Both the position numbers and the translations under genes were made by a program. From Geopsychrobacteraceae bacterium (GTDB lineage Bacteria > Desulfobacterota > Desulfuromonadia > Desulfuromonadales > Geopsychrobacteraceae), in NCBI GenBank assembly GCA_963676795.2, contig CAXXTB010000002.1, positions 1,216,001 to 1,280,000 on the forward strand: a stretch of 64,000 nt of DNA, given 5' to 3'. How positions within the stretch are numbered: position 1 is the stretch's first letter; each line of letters starts with the position of its first letter. Of this stretch, positions 48,326 through 57,817 are shown piece after piece. A model generated the notes under the pieces. The model was not told the DNA's origin. It saw nothing but the letters and a program-made list of their open reading frames with translations, and did not search any database.

Positions 48326-50986
48326 ATGACTGCCAGCTATCTCTCTGAACTGTTGCCTCATCTCGCCAAAGGTGCGCTGGTGCTCACCGCGAACAAGAGA
48401 TTGTTCCGTTTCTTACGTTCCCGTTTTGATCAATGGATGCTGGAGCAGGGGGAGACGGTCTGGTCTTCTCCTGCCATCTACAGCTATGAAGGCTGGATCG
48501 ATCAGGTCGTGACCAGTCTGGGAGAACAGTGGCGGGTCTTGAGTCCTCAGCAGGCGCAATGCCTGTGGGAGCAGTTGGTTGAAGCTTCGTCGCGCCAGCT
48601 CGACCTCGAGCTGTTGCAGGTGTCCCGGACCGCGGAAAAAGCAGCGCAGGCGCATCGTCTGCTGAACGAATACGAAATCGAACTGGACGAAGCCTGCCTG
48701 ACCGAAGACCAGCAGGCGTTCACTTTATGGCGTCAACAGTACCGGGATCTCTGCGCCGAGCATGACTGGCTTGACCGCAGTGAGCTGGCAACCCTGATCC
48801 GCGAAGCCTTTGCCTGCGGCCAGCTTGATTATCCGCGGCAGCTGTTTCTGGTTGGCTTCGATCAGCTGTCACCGGGGTTGGTCAAACTCTGTGCGCTTTT
48901 CGCCGACCAGGGGGGAGCCTGCCAGGAACTTTCGCTGGTCTCGGAGCGTGATGTTGTCGTGCGGCACTATCCGGCCACCGATAGCGAGGATGAAATCGAC
49001 AAGGCGGCGCTCTGGACACGGAACCTCTTGGAACAGGGGGCGCATTCGATCGGTATTGTCGTTCCCGATCTGACCACCAGTCGTGCCCGGATCGAGCGGA
49101 GCTTTCTGCGCCAGATCGATCCTTGTGCCATGACCCGCCTTGAGCAGGATGACAGCGTATTCGGTCTGTCGCTGGGGGGACCGCTGGCCGAAGAGGGGAT
49201 TATCCATGCCGCATTGCAACTGCTTGGTCTCGGTCGTCAGCTCAGCCTCAATGAGGTCTCCTTTCTGCTTAGGACTCCCTACCTGGGAGGCGGTAGCCGC
49301 GAGGCCGACCAGCGGCATCTGTTAGACCGGCGCCTGCGCTCCTGGCGCCAACCCGGTTTTTCCCTGACTGCTCTGAAAAAAACACTGGAGAAGAATTCAG
49401 ATACCGGGGGCATAGTTGCGATCCTCGCTCAGCTGGAATCCTTCGGCCAGCAGGGGAAACAAGCGCCCGGCGAGTGGGCGGCGTGCTTTGGCGAAGACCT
49501 TAAGGCGCTTGGCTGGCCCGGTGACAGGGTACTGTCAAGTCGTGAATATCAGGCTCTTAAGGTCTTTCAGGACAAAGTCTTGAACGGCCTGGCGGCTCTT
49601 GATGCGGTGCTGCCTGCGATCACCCGGGGGCGGGCTCTGGCTTTGCTGCAGCAACTGGCACGCACCCTGGAATTTCAGGTCGAAGCGCCGCCCAGTCCGG
49701 TTCAGGTTGTCGGTCTGCTGGAATCTTCCGGCCTGGAATTCGAGCATCTGTGGGTGATGGGGATGAGCGAAACGGCGCTCCCCGCCGCATCGCAGCCGAA
49801 CCCCTTTGTCCCCTACCAGCTGCAGCGTGACCACGCCATGCCGCATGCCACCGCCGAACGCGAGCTGCAGTTTGGCGAGCAGGTGATCGCCCGGCTCAGG
49901 ACGGCCGCAGCACAGGTTGTTTTCAGTTACCCCCGCCGCAGCGGCGACAGTCCCCAGCGGCCGAGCCCTCTCTTGCCAGCGGCGACCTGTGATACGGCCC
50001 CGCAATTCAGTGCACCGCAGGATCTGCTCAGCCTGAGCAGGGCTCTGGGTCCAGCGTTGGAAATTCTCGACGACAGCCAGGGACCGGTCCTGAATGATAA
50101 ACTGGTCGAGGGGGGGACGACCCTGCTCAAAGACCAGGCCCACTGCCCGTTTCGCGCCTTTGTTCATCACCGCCTCAAATGCACGCAGCTCGACAGTCCC
50201 GAGGCGGGAATCTCAGCCATGAGCCGCGGCGATCTTGTTCACCTGGCCCTGGAAAAAATCTGGCAAAAGCTGGGCAGGCGTACTGCTCTCGAAGCCCTCA
50301 GTCCCGAGCCGCGCAAGCAGCTGATTGCGCAGATGGTTGCTGAGGCGATTGCCGAATATTTCGCCGATGGGAGCTTGCTGGCCGCTTCCCTGCTACAGAT
50401 CGAGCAGGAGCGGCTGGTCAATCTGGTCGGTGAATGGCTGGAGTGCGAGGAACAGCGCGATGACTTTGTCGTTCTTGAATCGGAAATGGAACATGTCGAG
50501 AGCCTGGGCCCGCTGAAAATCCGTATGAAGGTCGACCGGATCGATCAGCTCGCTGACGGTCAGCGGGTCGTCATCGACTACAAAACCGGCAGTGACATCG
50601 ATGCCCGGGACTTCTTGTCGGAGCCGCTGATTGAACCTCAGCTGCCGATCTACGCCGTGGCTGATAGTGAAAATCCTGCCGATGGCGTCGCCTTTGCCCG
50701 GGTGCGCCAGGGGGAGTGCTCTTTTGTCGGCTTTATGCGCAACGAGGCTGCGCTCGGCAAGGTCAACGACTATGCCGCTTATGCGGGGAAGCATGACCTT
50801 GCGAACCCTGACTGGGATCAGCTGCTGGCCTTCTGGAAAGAACAGATTGCCGGCCTGGCCGGCGATTTTGTCGCCGGCCGGGCTTTGGTTGCCCCCTTTG
50901 ATCCAAAGCGCAGCTGCAACTACTGCGATCTGGCCGGAATCTGCCGGATTCAGGAGTACTATGGTGAACTGGAGGAGAGCGAATGA
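48326..50986 (+). CDS. AddB-like DNA repair protein (inactive-helicase-like region + PD-(D/E)XK nuclease with Fe-S cysteines)
   Basis: CPFRAF...KVDRID...IDYKTG...QLPIY...CNYCDLAGIC; start moved to ATG 48326 after GGAG. Confidence 0.88.
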   Translation: MTASYLSELLPHLAKGALVLTANKRLFRFLRSRFDQWMLEQGETVWSSPAIYSYEGWIDQVVTSLGEQWRVLSPQQAQCLWEQLVEASSRQLDLELLQVSRTAEKAAQAHRLLNEYEIELDEACLTEDQQAFTLWRQQYRDLCAEHDWLDRSELATLIREAFACGQLDYPRQLFLVGFDQLSPGLVKLCALFADQGGACQELSLVSERDVVVRHYPATDSEDEIDKAALWTRNLLEQGAHSIGIVVPDLTTSRARIERSFLRQIDPCAMTRLEQDDSVFGLSLGGPLAEEGIIHAALQLLGLGRQLSLNEVSFLLRTPYLGGGSREADQRHLLDRRLRSWRQPGFSLTALKKTLEKNSDTGGIVAILAQLESFGQQGKQAPGEWAACFGEDLKALGWPGDRVLSSREYQALKVFQDKVLNGLAALDAVLPAITRGRALALLQQLARTLEFQVEAPPSPVQVVGLLESSGLEFEHLWVMGMSETALPAASQPNPFVPYQLQRDHAMPHATAERELQFGEQVIARLRTAAAQVVFSYPRRSGDSPQRPSPLLPAATCDTAPQFSAPQDLLSLSRALGPALEILDDSQGPVLNDKLVEGGTTLLKDQAHCPFRAFVHHRLKCTQLDSPEAGISAMSRGDLVHLALEKIWQKLGRRTALEALSPEPRKQLIAQMVAEAIAEYFADGSLLAASLLQIEQERLVNLVGEWLECEEQRDDFVVLESEMEHVESLGPLKIRMKVDRIDQLADGQRVVIDYKTGSDIDARDFLSEPLIEPQLPIYAVADSENPADGVAFARVRQGECSFVGFMRNEAALGKVNDYAAYAGKHDLANPDWDQLLAFWKEQIAGLAGDFVAGRALVAPFDPKRSCNYCDLAGICRIQEYYGELEESE

Positions 50987-53900
50987 GCCGTATCGTTGAT
51001 GCAGAAGCCCGCCGTCTGGCCCTCGACGGGAGCCGTTCCTTCATTGTCCAGGCCCCAGCCGGTTCCGGCAAAACGGAGCTGCTGATCCAGCGCCTGCTGG
51101 TGCTGCTGAACAGCGCCGAGCGGCCGCAGCAGATTCTCGCCATCACCTTTACCAACAAGGCCGCCGCCGAAATGCGCCAGCGGCTGTTGGAAGCGCTGGT
51201 CATGGCGCGTGACGAGCCGAAGCCGGAGGAAGCTCATAAGGCGGTGACCTGGCAACTGGCCAGAGCTGCTTTCGAGCGTCATGGTGAGGCGTTGCTGAAA
51301 AATCCTGCTCAGCTGGCGATTCAGACCATCGACAGTTTCAACGCAGCGCTGGTGCGCAAGATGCCCTGGCTGTCCCGTTTCGGTGGTGTGCCGCAGGTCC
51401 GGGAAGATGCCAGCGCCCTGTATTCCAAAGCAGTCGAACAGCTGATGGGCCAGCTCGATAACCAGGATCAGACCGGAGAAGCGCTGCGGACGCTGCTGCG
51501 TCACTTCGATAACCGGCTTGGTCAGGTTGAGCAGATGCTGGTTGGCATGCTGGCCAAGCGTGATCAGTGGCTGCGCTACCTGGCGAGCGAGCATGGCACC
51601 AGTCATCAGCAGTTGCAGGAGAACCTGGAACAGTTCTGTGCCTTGCAGCTCGAGGCTCTGGTCCGTAGTTTTCCTCCGGCTCTGGCTGATGAGCTGCTGT
51701 TCTGTGCCAGCTATGCCGCGCGCAACTGTCCGGATCTCGAACCTCTCGTTGCATTGTGTCTGCCATTGCCATCCGGTTATATGGCCTTGCCTCTCTGGCA
51801 GGCACTTGCCGAGTTGCTGCTGACTGCCTCTGGCGAGGTGCGAAAGACAGTTAACAAGAATAACGGCTTTCCGGCCGGTAACGAGGGGAAGGCAGCTAAA
51901 CAGCGGATGCTGGAACTGCTCACCGGCTGTGGGGAGTGCCGGGATTTCGTGACCCAACTGGCGGCGGTACGCACCATGCCGGGACACTTCAGTTCTGAAC
52001 AGTGGCAGGTACTGCGGGCGGTGCTTGACCTGTTGCCCATGCTGCTGGTCGAATTGTGGCTGGTCTTTCGCCAGCAGTCCAAGATCGACTTCTCCGAAAT
52101 CGCTCTCAAGGCAGGGCAGGCTCTGGGGCGCAGCGATAACCCGAGCGACCTGCTGCTGCGCATTGACAATGACCTGCAGCATATCCTGGTCGACGAATTT
52201 CAGGACACCTCACGCCTGCAATATTCGCTGCTTAATATCCTGACCAGTGGCTGGCTGCAGGGGGATGGGCGGACGCTGTTTCTGGTCGGTGACCCGATGC
52301 AGTCGATCTATCGCTTCAGGGAAGCCGAGGTCGGACTCTTCCTGCAGAGTTTTGGCGGGGACTTCGGAGCCAACGGTCTTAAACTCACGCCTCTGACCTT
52401 GCAATGCAACTTCCGTTCGCAGCAGGGGATCGTCGATTGGGTCAATAGGAGTTTCAAGGAAATTTTCCCCCCTGCCACGGATATCGACAGCGGAGCGGTC
52501 AGTCTGTCCCGTGCCCATGCCGTGCATGATCCTCTCGATGGTATGGCCTGTAGCTTCTATCCCTATTCCGTGCAGGACGACAAGGCCGAAGCCCGCCAGG
52601 TTGTGGAGATTATTCGTGAGACCCGGATCCGGGATCCGCAGGGGACGATCGCGATCCTGGTCCGTGGTCGGACCCATCTGCGTGAGATCCTGCCGCTGCT
52701 GCGCGCCAATTGTCTCTCCTACCAGGCCCAGGATATCGATCAGCTCGGAGCCCGCCCGGCTGCCCTCGATCTGGTGGCCCTGGTACGGGCGCTGCTGCAT
52801 CGCGGCGATCGCCTCGCCTGGCTCGCCGTTTTGCGGGCTCCCTGGAGTGGCCTGGCACTGAACGATCTGCACGTGCTGCTGGCCGGGCATCCGCGTCGCA
52901 GCGTGCCTGCTTTGCTGCGGGACGACAAGCTGCGCCAGGGCTTGAGCCCGGCGGGGCAGCAGCGTCTTCAGGCCGTGGCTGCGGTACTGCTCAATGCCCT
53001 TGATCAGCGTGGCCGCTTCCCTCTGCGTGATCTGATCGAACGCTGCTGGTTTGCCCTGGGAGCAGCGTCCTGTTATGACAGCGAGGGACTGGCCGACGCC
53101 GAACTGGTTTTCGCGCTGATCGAAGATCTGCAGCAGGGTGGCGAGCTGGAGGACCTTGATCAACTGGAGCGCGAGGTCGGACGCCTGTTCGCCCGGGCCG
53201 ATGCGTCTGCCGACGCGCGACTGCAGATCATGACGATCCATAAATCAAAGGGGCTGGAATTCGATACGGTGATCATCCCCGGACTGGGGAAAACGACAGG
53301 GCGCAGCGAGTCGCCATTGCTGCGCTGGCTGGAGCATCCGCACTGCGGTCTGCTGCTGGCACCGCGTGCGGCAAGTGGTGCCGACAAGGATCCTCTCTAT
53401 CAGCTGATCGGCAGGCTGGAACAGCAGAAAGGCCGTTTGGAGGATGGTCGTCTGCTCTACGTCGCGACAACCCGTGCTATCAAGCGTTTGCATCTGCTCG
53501 GACACGCTACGGCCAACAAAGCCGGTGAGTTTATTCCGGCTAAAGGTTCGCTGCTCGAGCAACTGTGGCCTCTCGTTAAAATGCAGTTTGCGCCGTCAGA
53601 GGACCCTGTCGCTGAGACGCTACAAACTGTTCAGGCGCACCTCAAACGCCTGCCTCTCGATTGGCATCCGCCGGTCATGAGCGGGGTCGAGCTGCCGGAG
53701 CAGGTGGTCAACACAACGGCATCGGTCCATGGGGATCTGGACTCTGGGCAGCTGTTCAGCGGCTGGGAAACGCCGCTCTACAGGCATGTCGGAACCTTGG
53801 TCCATTGGCAGCTGGAACAGCTGGCGCGGCGTGGCTGCGAAGCCTGGACAGAACAGTGTCCAAAGCTGCGTCAGCAGCGTCTGAAAAAGATACTCAGCGG

Positions 53901-54300
53901 CTATGGAACGCCGGGGAGCGAGCTCTCTAAAGGGGTGGAAAAGGCGACCCAGGCCGTTGAGCGCATTGTTCAGAGTGAACGGGGACGCTGGATTCTGGCA
54001 GCTCACACCGATCATCAATGTGAGCTGCCGATTTCCGGAGTCGTTGACGGTCAGCTGGTCCACGCCATCATCGACAGAACCTTTATCGCAGATGGGATCT
54101 GCTGGATCATCGACTACAAAAACAGCACACCGGCCAGCAACGAGACGCTTGAGACCTTTGTGCAGCGGGAGGCCGGACGTTATCGTAGCCAGCTCTATGC
54201 CTATACCCGCTTACGCGAGACACAGTTGCCGCAAATCCAGGTGCGCGCAGCGCTTTATTTTCCGCTCGCCGATGCCTGGTATGAATATGCAGATTTTTAA
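50983..54300 (+). CDS. AddA-like UvrD-family helicase-nuclease
   Basis: APAGSGKT, TFTNKAA, VDEFQDTS, GDPMQSIYRFR, NFRS, TIHKSKGLEFD, LYVATTRA, C-terminal IDR...IDYK...QL..Y; ATGA overlap with the upstream gene. Confidence 0.93.
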   Translation: MSRIVDAEARRLALDGSRSFIVQAPAGSGKTELLIQRLLVLLNSAERPQQILAITFTNKAAAEMRQRLLEALVMARDEPKPEEAHKAVTWQLARAAFERHGEALLKNPAQLAIQTIDSFNAALVRKMPWLSRFGGVPQVREDASALYSKAVEQLMGQLDNQDQTGEALRTLLRHFDNRLGQVEQMLVGMLAKRDQWLRYLASEHGTSHQQLQENLEQFCALQLEALVRSFPPALADELLFCASYAARNCPDLEPLVALCLPLPSGYMALPLWQALAELLLTASGEVRKTVNKNNGFPAGNEGKAAKQRMLELLTGCGECRDFVTQLAAVRTMPGHFSSEQWQVLRAVLDLLPMLLVELWLVFRQQSKIDFSEIALKAGQALGRSDNPSDLLLRIDNDLQHILVDEFQDTSRLQYSLLNILTSGWLQGDGRTLFLVGDPMQSIYRFREAEVGLFLQSFGGDFGANGLKLTPLTLQCNFRSQQGIVDWVNRSFKEIFPPATDIDSGAVSLSRAHAVHDPLDGMACSFYPYSVQDDKAEARQVVEIIRETRIRDPQGTIAILVRGRTHLREILPLLRANCLSYQAQDIDQLGARPAALDLVALVRALLHRGDRLAWLAVLRAPWSGLALNDLHVLLAGHPRRSVPALLRDDKLRQGLSPAGQQRLQAVAAVLLNALDQRGRFPLRDLIERCWFALGAASCYDSEGLADAELVFALIEDLQQGGELEDLDQLEREVGRLFARADASADARLQIMTIHKSKGLEFDTVIIPGLGKTTGRSESPLLRWLEHPHCGLLLAPRAASGADKDPLYQLIGRLEQQKGRLEDGRLLYVATTRAIKRLHLLGHATANKAGEFIPAKGSLLEQLWPLVKMQFAPSEDPVAETLQTVQAHLKRLPLDWHPPVMSGVELPEQVVNTTASVHGDLDSGQLFSGWETPLYRHVGTLVHWQLEQLARRGCEAWTEQCPKLRQQRLKKILSGYGTPGSELSKGVEKATQAVERIVQSERGRWILAAHTDHQCELPISGVVDGQLVHAIIDRTFIADGICWIIDYKNSTPASNETLETFVQREAGRYRSQLYAYTRLRETQLPQIQVRAALYFPLADAWYEYADF

Positions 54301-54339
54301 GCAGGGAATTTACATTTGATAGAGGCGAACAGTCCGTCT

Positions 54340-54810
54340 CTAGAGTGTCGGGCAAAAGTTGTTAAGAATTTGTCCGGTCAGGTAGCTCTTTTGCGGGTTG
54401 ATGCGAACGAGGCTCTTGATATTCTGTGATGCCAGAACCAGACGGAACTGATTGTCTTCACGGTTGACAAGGGTCAGGTCGATATTCTTTTTCAGCGAGC
54501 CGATACGCATTTCTGTTTCGATGACATAGCACCACTCACGGTCACCGTTGTCAAAAGTCACCAGTCTGCGGGTTTTCACCGGTACGACAGAGTAAACTTC
54601 GACGTCGACATTGTTCTGAATCGGATGGATGCCAAAGCTGATCATCAGGTCTTCACCCTCTTTGAACGTCGAAAAATCGAAGATGCTGAGTATCGAATGT
54701 TTCGACTCCGTATCGACCTGGGCTTCGATGGCCGGAATTTTAAGTGCCGGAAAGGAAACCCATTCACACCAGCCGATATCGAGCAAGAGTGAATTCTTGT
54801 TTTTACGCAT
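54340..54810 (-). CDS. RimB-like ('putative ATP-dependent zinc protease', retropepsin-fold) protein with a degenerate active site
   Basis: IGWCEWVSFPALKIPAIEAQVDTE matches the family IGW.EWV.LP.LGI..I.AK.DTGA pattern except at DTG; alternative start 54828. Confidence 0.75.
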   Translation of the reverse strand: MRKNKNSLLLDIGWCEWVSFPALKIPAIEAQVDTESKHSILSIFDFSTFKEGEDLMISFGIHPIQNNVDVEVYSVVPVKTRRLVTFDNGDREWCYVIETEMRIGSLKKNIDLTLVNREDNQFRLVLASQNIKSLVRINPQKSYLTGQILNNFCPTL

Positions 54811-55079
54811 AGATGTTACCCCTTTCAATATTGGTCTCCGCTAATATCGATACTTTACCCATACTTGCGGGAAAAGTAAATTGTTCTAATGTAAAAAAGT
54901 TTGGAATGCCTTTTTCTGTTTCTAATGTTACCCTGATGCTAGGCAAAATCGAAAAATAATGAGCAAACATATATAATCCAATAAATCAACTGTCTTGTCA
55001 GCAATTTTGTTATAATTTCTCATGGTTACGCCAAATTTTCTGGTTTGCCTGCCAAATTCGCTGACAACTGGAGGCCTCT

Positions 55080-57449
55080 ATGTCGTTTCTTGCCAAAACC
55101 GGTCTGTTTATTGTTGGGCTGATCATTGTGATCTTTAGCGCCTTGACAATTCTGGTCAAGACCCAGGTGACCCCGGAAAAAGTCAGGGAAACGGTTGCTC
55201 CATTGGCCGAAAGGCATCTGCAGCGGACGATCGATTTCGGCGATATCAGCGTCGGTCTGTTCAGCGGAATCTCGCTTGCAGATTTTGAGATCAGGGAGAA
55301 GAACTCTGACACTGTGTTTATTCGTCTGAAAAAACTGACCCTCAGTTATCGTTTTTGGGCGCTTCTGAAGGGGAAGGTCGCCATTGATCAGGTTGAGCTG
55401 GTTGAACCTGAGATCAATATTGTCAGAAAGGCGGACGGTTCTTTTAATTTCGATGATCTGACCGGGGGCTCTGCATCCACTACGGCCGCGCAAACTGGCA
55501 AAAAGGATTCAGGGACCGGGGCTCTTGGTTCCTTTCTGGTGGTGAACAGGGTGACAATCAGTGATGGAACGATCATGTTTGTCGATCAGTATGCCAATCC
55601 CAAATCCCCTTACCGTTATGCTCTCAGCGAGTTGAATTTCACGGCGCGTGATATCGCTCTGGATAAACTGTTTCCGTTCGATTTTTCGAGTGGAATCAAC
55701 GGCTCGAAACTGATGATCTCCGGACACTATAACCTGGCGATGAAAACCGGCGATATCTATGTTGATCTGGCTCCTCTCGAGCTGGTTCAGTTTGCACCCT
55801 ATTATCGTGACAGTCTGCCCGGCAAACTCGGCAGTGCGAAGCTGGGCCTGACCCTCGATGCGACCCTGCTGGGAAATGCGATTTCGACCAAGGGAAAGGT
55901 GATACTCAACGATCTGGACCTTGTTCTCGATTCCTTACCTGATGCTCCTCTGAATCACGCCAGCCTGCAGACCGATTATTCGCTCAATTTTAATACGGTC
56001 AGCAGGCTCCTTGAACTCCCAGCTTTACTGGTCAATTTCAATGGAATTTCCGCTGAGGTCGACGGAACTGTCGATCTGGGGAGCTCAGATCCGATGCTCG
56101 ATCTGAATCTGGTTGTAGAAAAACTCGACCTGCGTCAGGCGATCAAGAGTGTTCCGGAGGCGCTGGTGCGCAGTGTCGCCGATTTCAGTCCCGCCGGTAT
56201 GATCAGTGCCCGGTTTAAGTTGGCAGGTCCTCTAAGCCGGGGTTCCGCACTGCTCAATCAGGCGGAGATCGGTCTTGAGGATGTCCAGGCCAGCGTCGCG
56301 GCCTTGCGGGCCGGAATCAGCGGAGATATCAGTTACCGCAACAATTCACTGGGGAGCAATAATCTGGCTCTGGCGTTGGGCGATCAGCGCCTCGATCTCG
56401 ATTTTGCGGCGACCAATATCTTCAGCAGGGTGATCAAGGGCGAATTTGGTCTGTCAGCCAGGGAACTGGATCTTAATCAGTTGCTCGGGCAGCTCTCTTC
56501 GGGGCAGCCGGAAATTGTTGCCGGGGGGAGCTCCGATGAGACTGTTGTCACCGAGGAACTCGGTCCCTTTGATCTGCCTCTCGATATGCAGGGTACGCTG
56601 AAGATCGATAAAATGACCTACAAGCGGCTGCCACTTGAGCGCGTTGTCGCTGATATGACCCTCAAGAACAACCAGCTGAAAATCACCAACCTGTCCTCTT
56701 CGGTCGGGCGTGGTGAGCTGAAGCTCTCCTCGAACGTTGATCTGGGTGTCAAGGGATTGCAATACCAGGGGCAGATGAACATGCAGATGCCCGATGTCTC
56801 GACCCTGTTGAACGGTCTGCTCCCCGGCGTTCAGCAGCAAGTGACCGGGGCTATCTCCTGGCAGAACAGCTTCGCCGGGCAGGGGACTTTGCCGAAGCGG
56901 ATTCTCAACGCGTTGCAGATGCAGGGGGAAGTCTCACTGAGTCAGGGGAGCCTGCAGAATGTTGCCCTTGTCGAGCAGTTGGCAAGCTTTATCGGTGCTC
57001 CGGAACTGAAGAGTTTCAGCTACGACAGCTTCAACGGTCGCTATAACCTGAGAAACGGGCTCACCTACCTGAACACGGAACTGAACAGTTCTGTGGCCAG
57101 ACTGGCACCGAAAGGGACCGTCGGCGTCGATGGCGATCTTGATCTGAGCCTGAATACCAAACTTGCGCCTCAGCTGATGAAGCGCTTGGGGGACAGCAGC
57201 CTGGTCAATCGTTTTCTGGTCGATAATGAAGGATGGGGGCAGGTTCCTCTACAGGTTGGTGGCTCACTGACCAGCCCAAAAATCAGTTTTGATGCAGCGG
57301 CACTTGAAAAACAGGCGATTGAGAAAGCGAAACAGGAGGCCGAGAAGAGACTGCTTGAGAAACTCGTTCCAAAAGAGGCTGAGCAGGGGACCCAGGAGCC
57401 GGTCAAGCAGCTTCTTGATCAGACCCTGAACAAACTGTTCAGGCAGTAG
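55080..57449 (+). CDS. AsmA-family envelope (lipid-transfer-like) protein
   Basis: N-terminal TM anchor, PEINIVRKADGSFNFDDL, long beta-rich body, C-terminal PLQVGGSLTSPK; GGAGG RBS. Confidence 0.88.
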   Translation: MSFLAKTGLFIVGLIIVIFSALTILVKTQVTPEKVRETVAPLAERHLQRTIDFGDISVGLFSGISLADFEIREKNSDTVFIRLKKLTLSYRFWALLKGKVAIDQVELVEPEINIVRKADGSFNFDDLTGGSASTTAAQTGKKDSGTGALGSFLVVNRVTISDGTIMFVDQYANPKSPYRYALSELNFTARDIALDKLFPFDFSSGINGSKLMISGHYNLAMKTGDIYVDLAPLELVQFAPYYRDSLPGKLGSAKLGLTLDATLLGNAISTKGKVILNDLDLVLDSLPDAPLNHASLQTDYSLNFNTVSRLLELPALLVNFNGISAEVDGTVDLGSSDPMLDLNLVVEKLDLRQAIKSVPEALVRSVADFSPAGMISARFKLAGPLSRGSALLNQAEIGLEDVQASVAALRAGISGDISYRNNSLGSNNLALALGDQRLDLDFAATNIFSRVIKGEFGLSARELDLNQLLGQLSSGQPEIVAGGSSDETVVTEELGPFDLPLDMQGTLKIDKMTYKRLPLERVVADMTLKNNQLKITNLSSSVGRGELKLSSNVDLGVKGLQYQGQMNMQMPDVSTLLNGLLPGVQQQVTGAISWQNSFAGQGTLPKRILNALQMQGEVSLSQGSLQNVALVEQLASFIGAPELKSFSYDSFNGRYNLRNGLTYLNTELNSSVARLAPKGTVGVDGDLDLSLNTKLAPQLMKRLGDSSLVNRFLVDNEGWGQVPLQVGGSLTSPKISFDAAALEKQAIEKAKQEAEKRLLEKLVPKEAEQGTQEPVKQLLDQTLNKLFRQ

Positions 57450-57817
57450 TATTGGGCTTGTTAAAGGCTTTTGTTCTGGCTTTCGGCGTCACTCCGTAGA
57501 GAACTGTTGCCGTCGGCCCAGAATGCATAAAGGCACTCGCCGCGCTGGATTCAGGCCGGACCTATCTTATTTACTCAGACAGTTGCGTGACATTGCTAGG
57601 CGCGCCAGAAACCATGACCAAATCTATGCAATATGCAAGGTAGGAGGTTCATATTGCTGGAACAAACCATATACAATGCTGCATACGGGTTATTTTGCTA
57701 ATGAAATACCGGGGTCTTGCAATGCAGCAGTCTTCCAGTGGCAAGGAATCCCCAGCTGCTTATTGATGATTAATGCTTTTCTACGGATTTTACAGACGGC
57801 GGGTCCCGGCGTTTTTG

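Noticed and set aside
48326..54300. Nuclease-helicase pair as a novel anti-phage defence system
   Set aside because: Domain order, Fe-S cysteines and the ATGA coupling match housekeeping AddAB-type recombination enzymes, and there is no defence-island context
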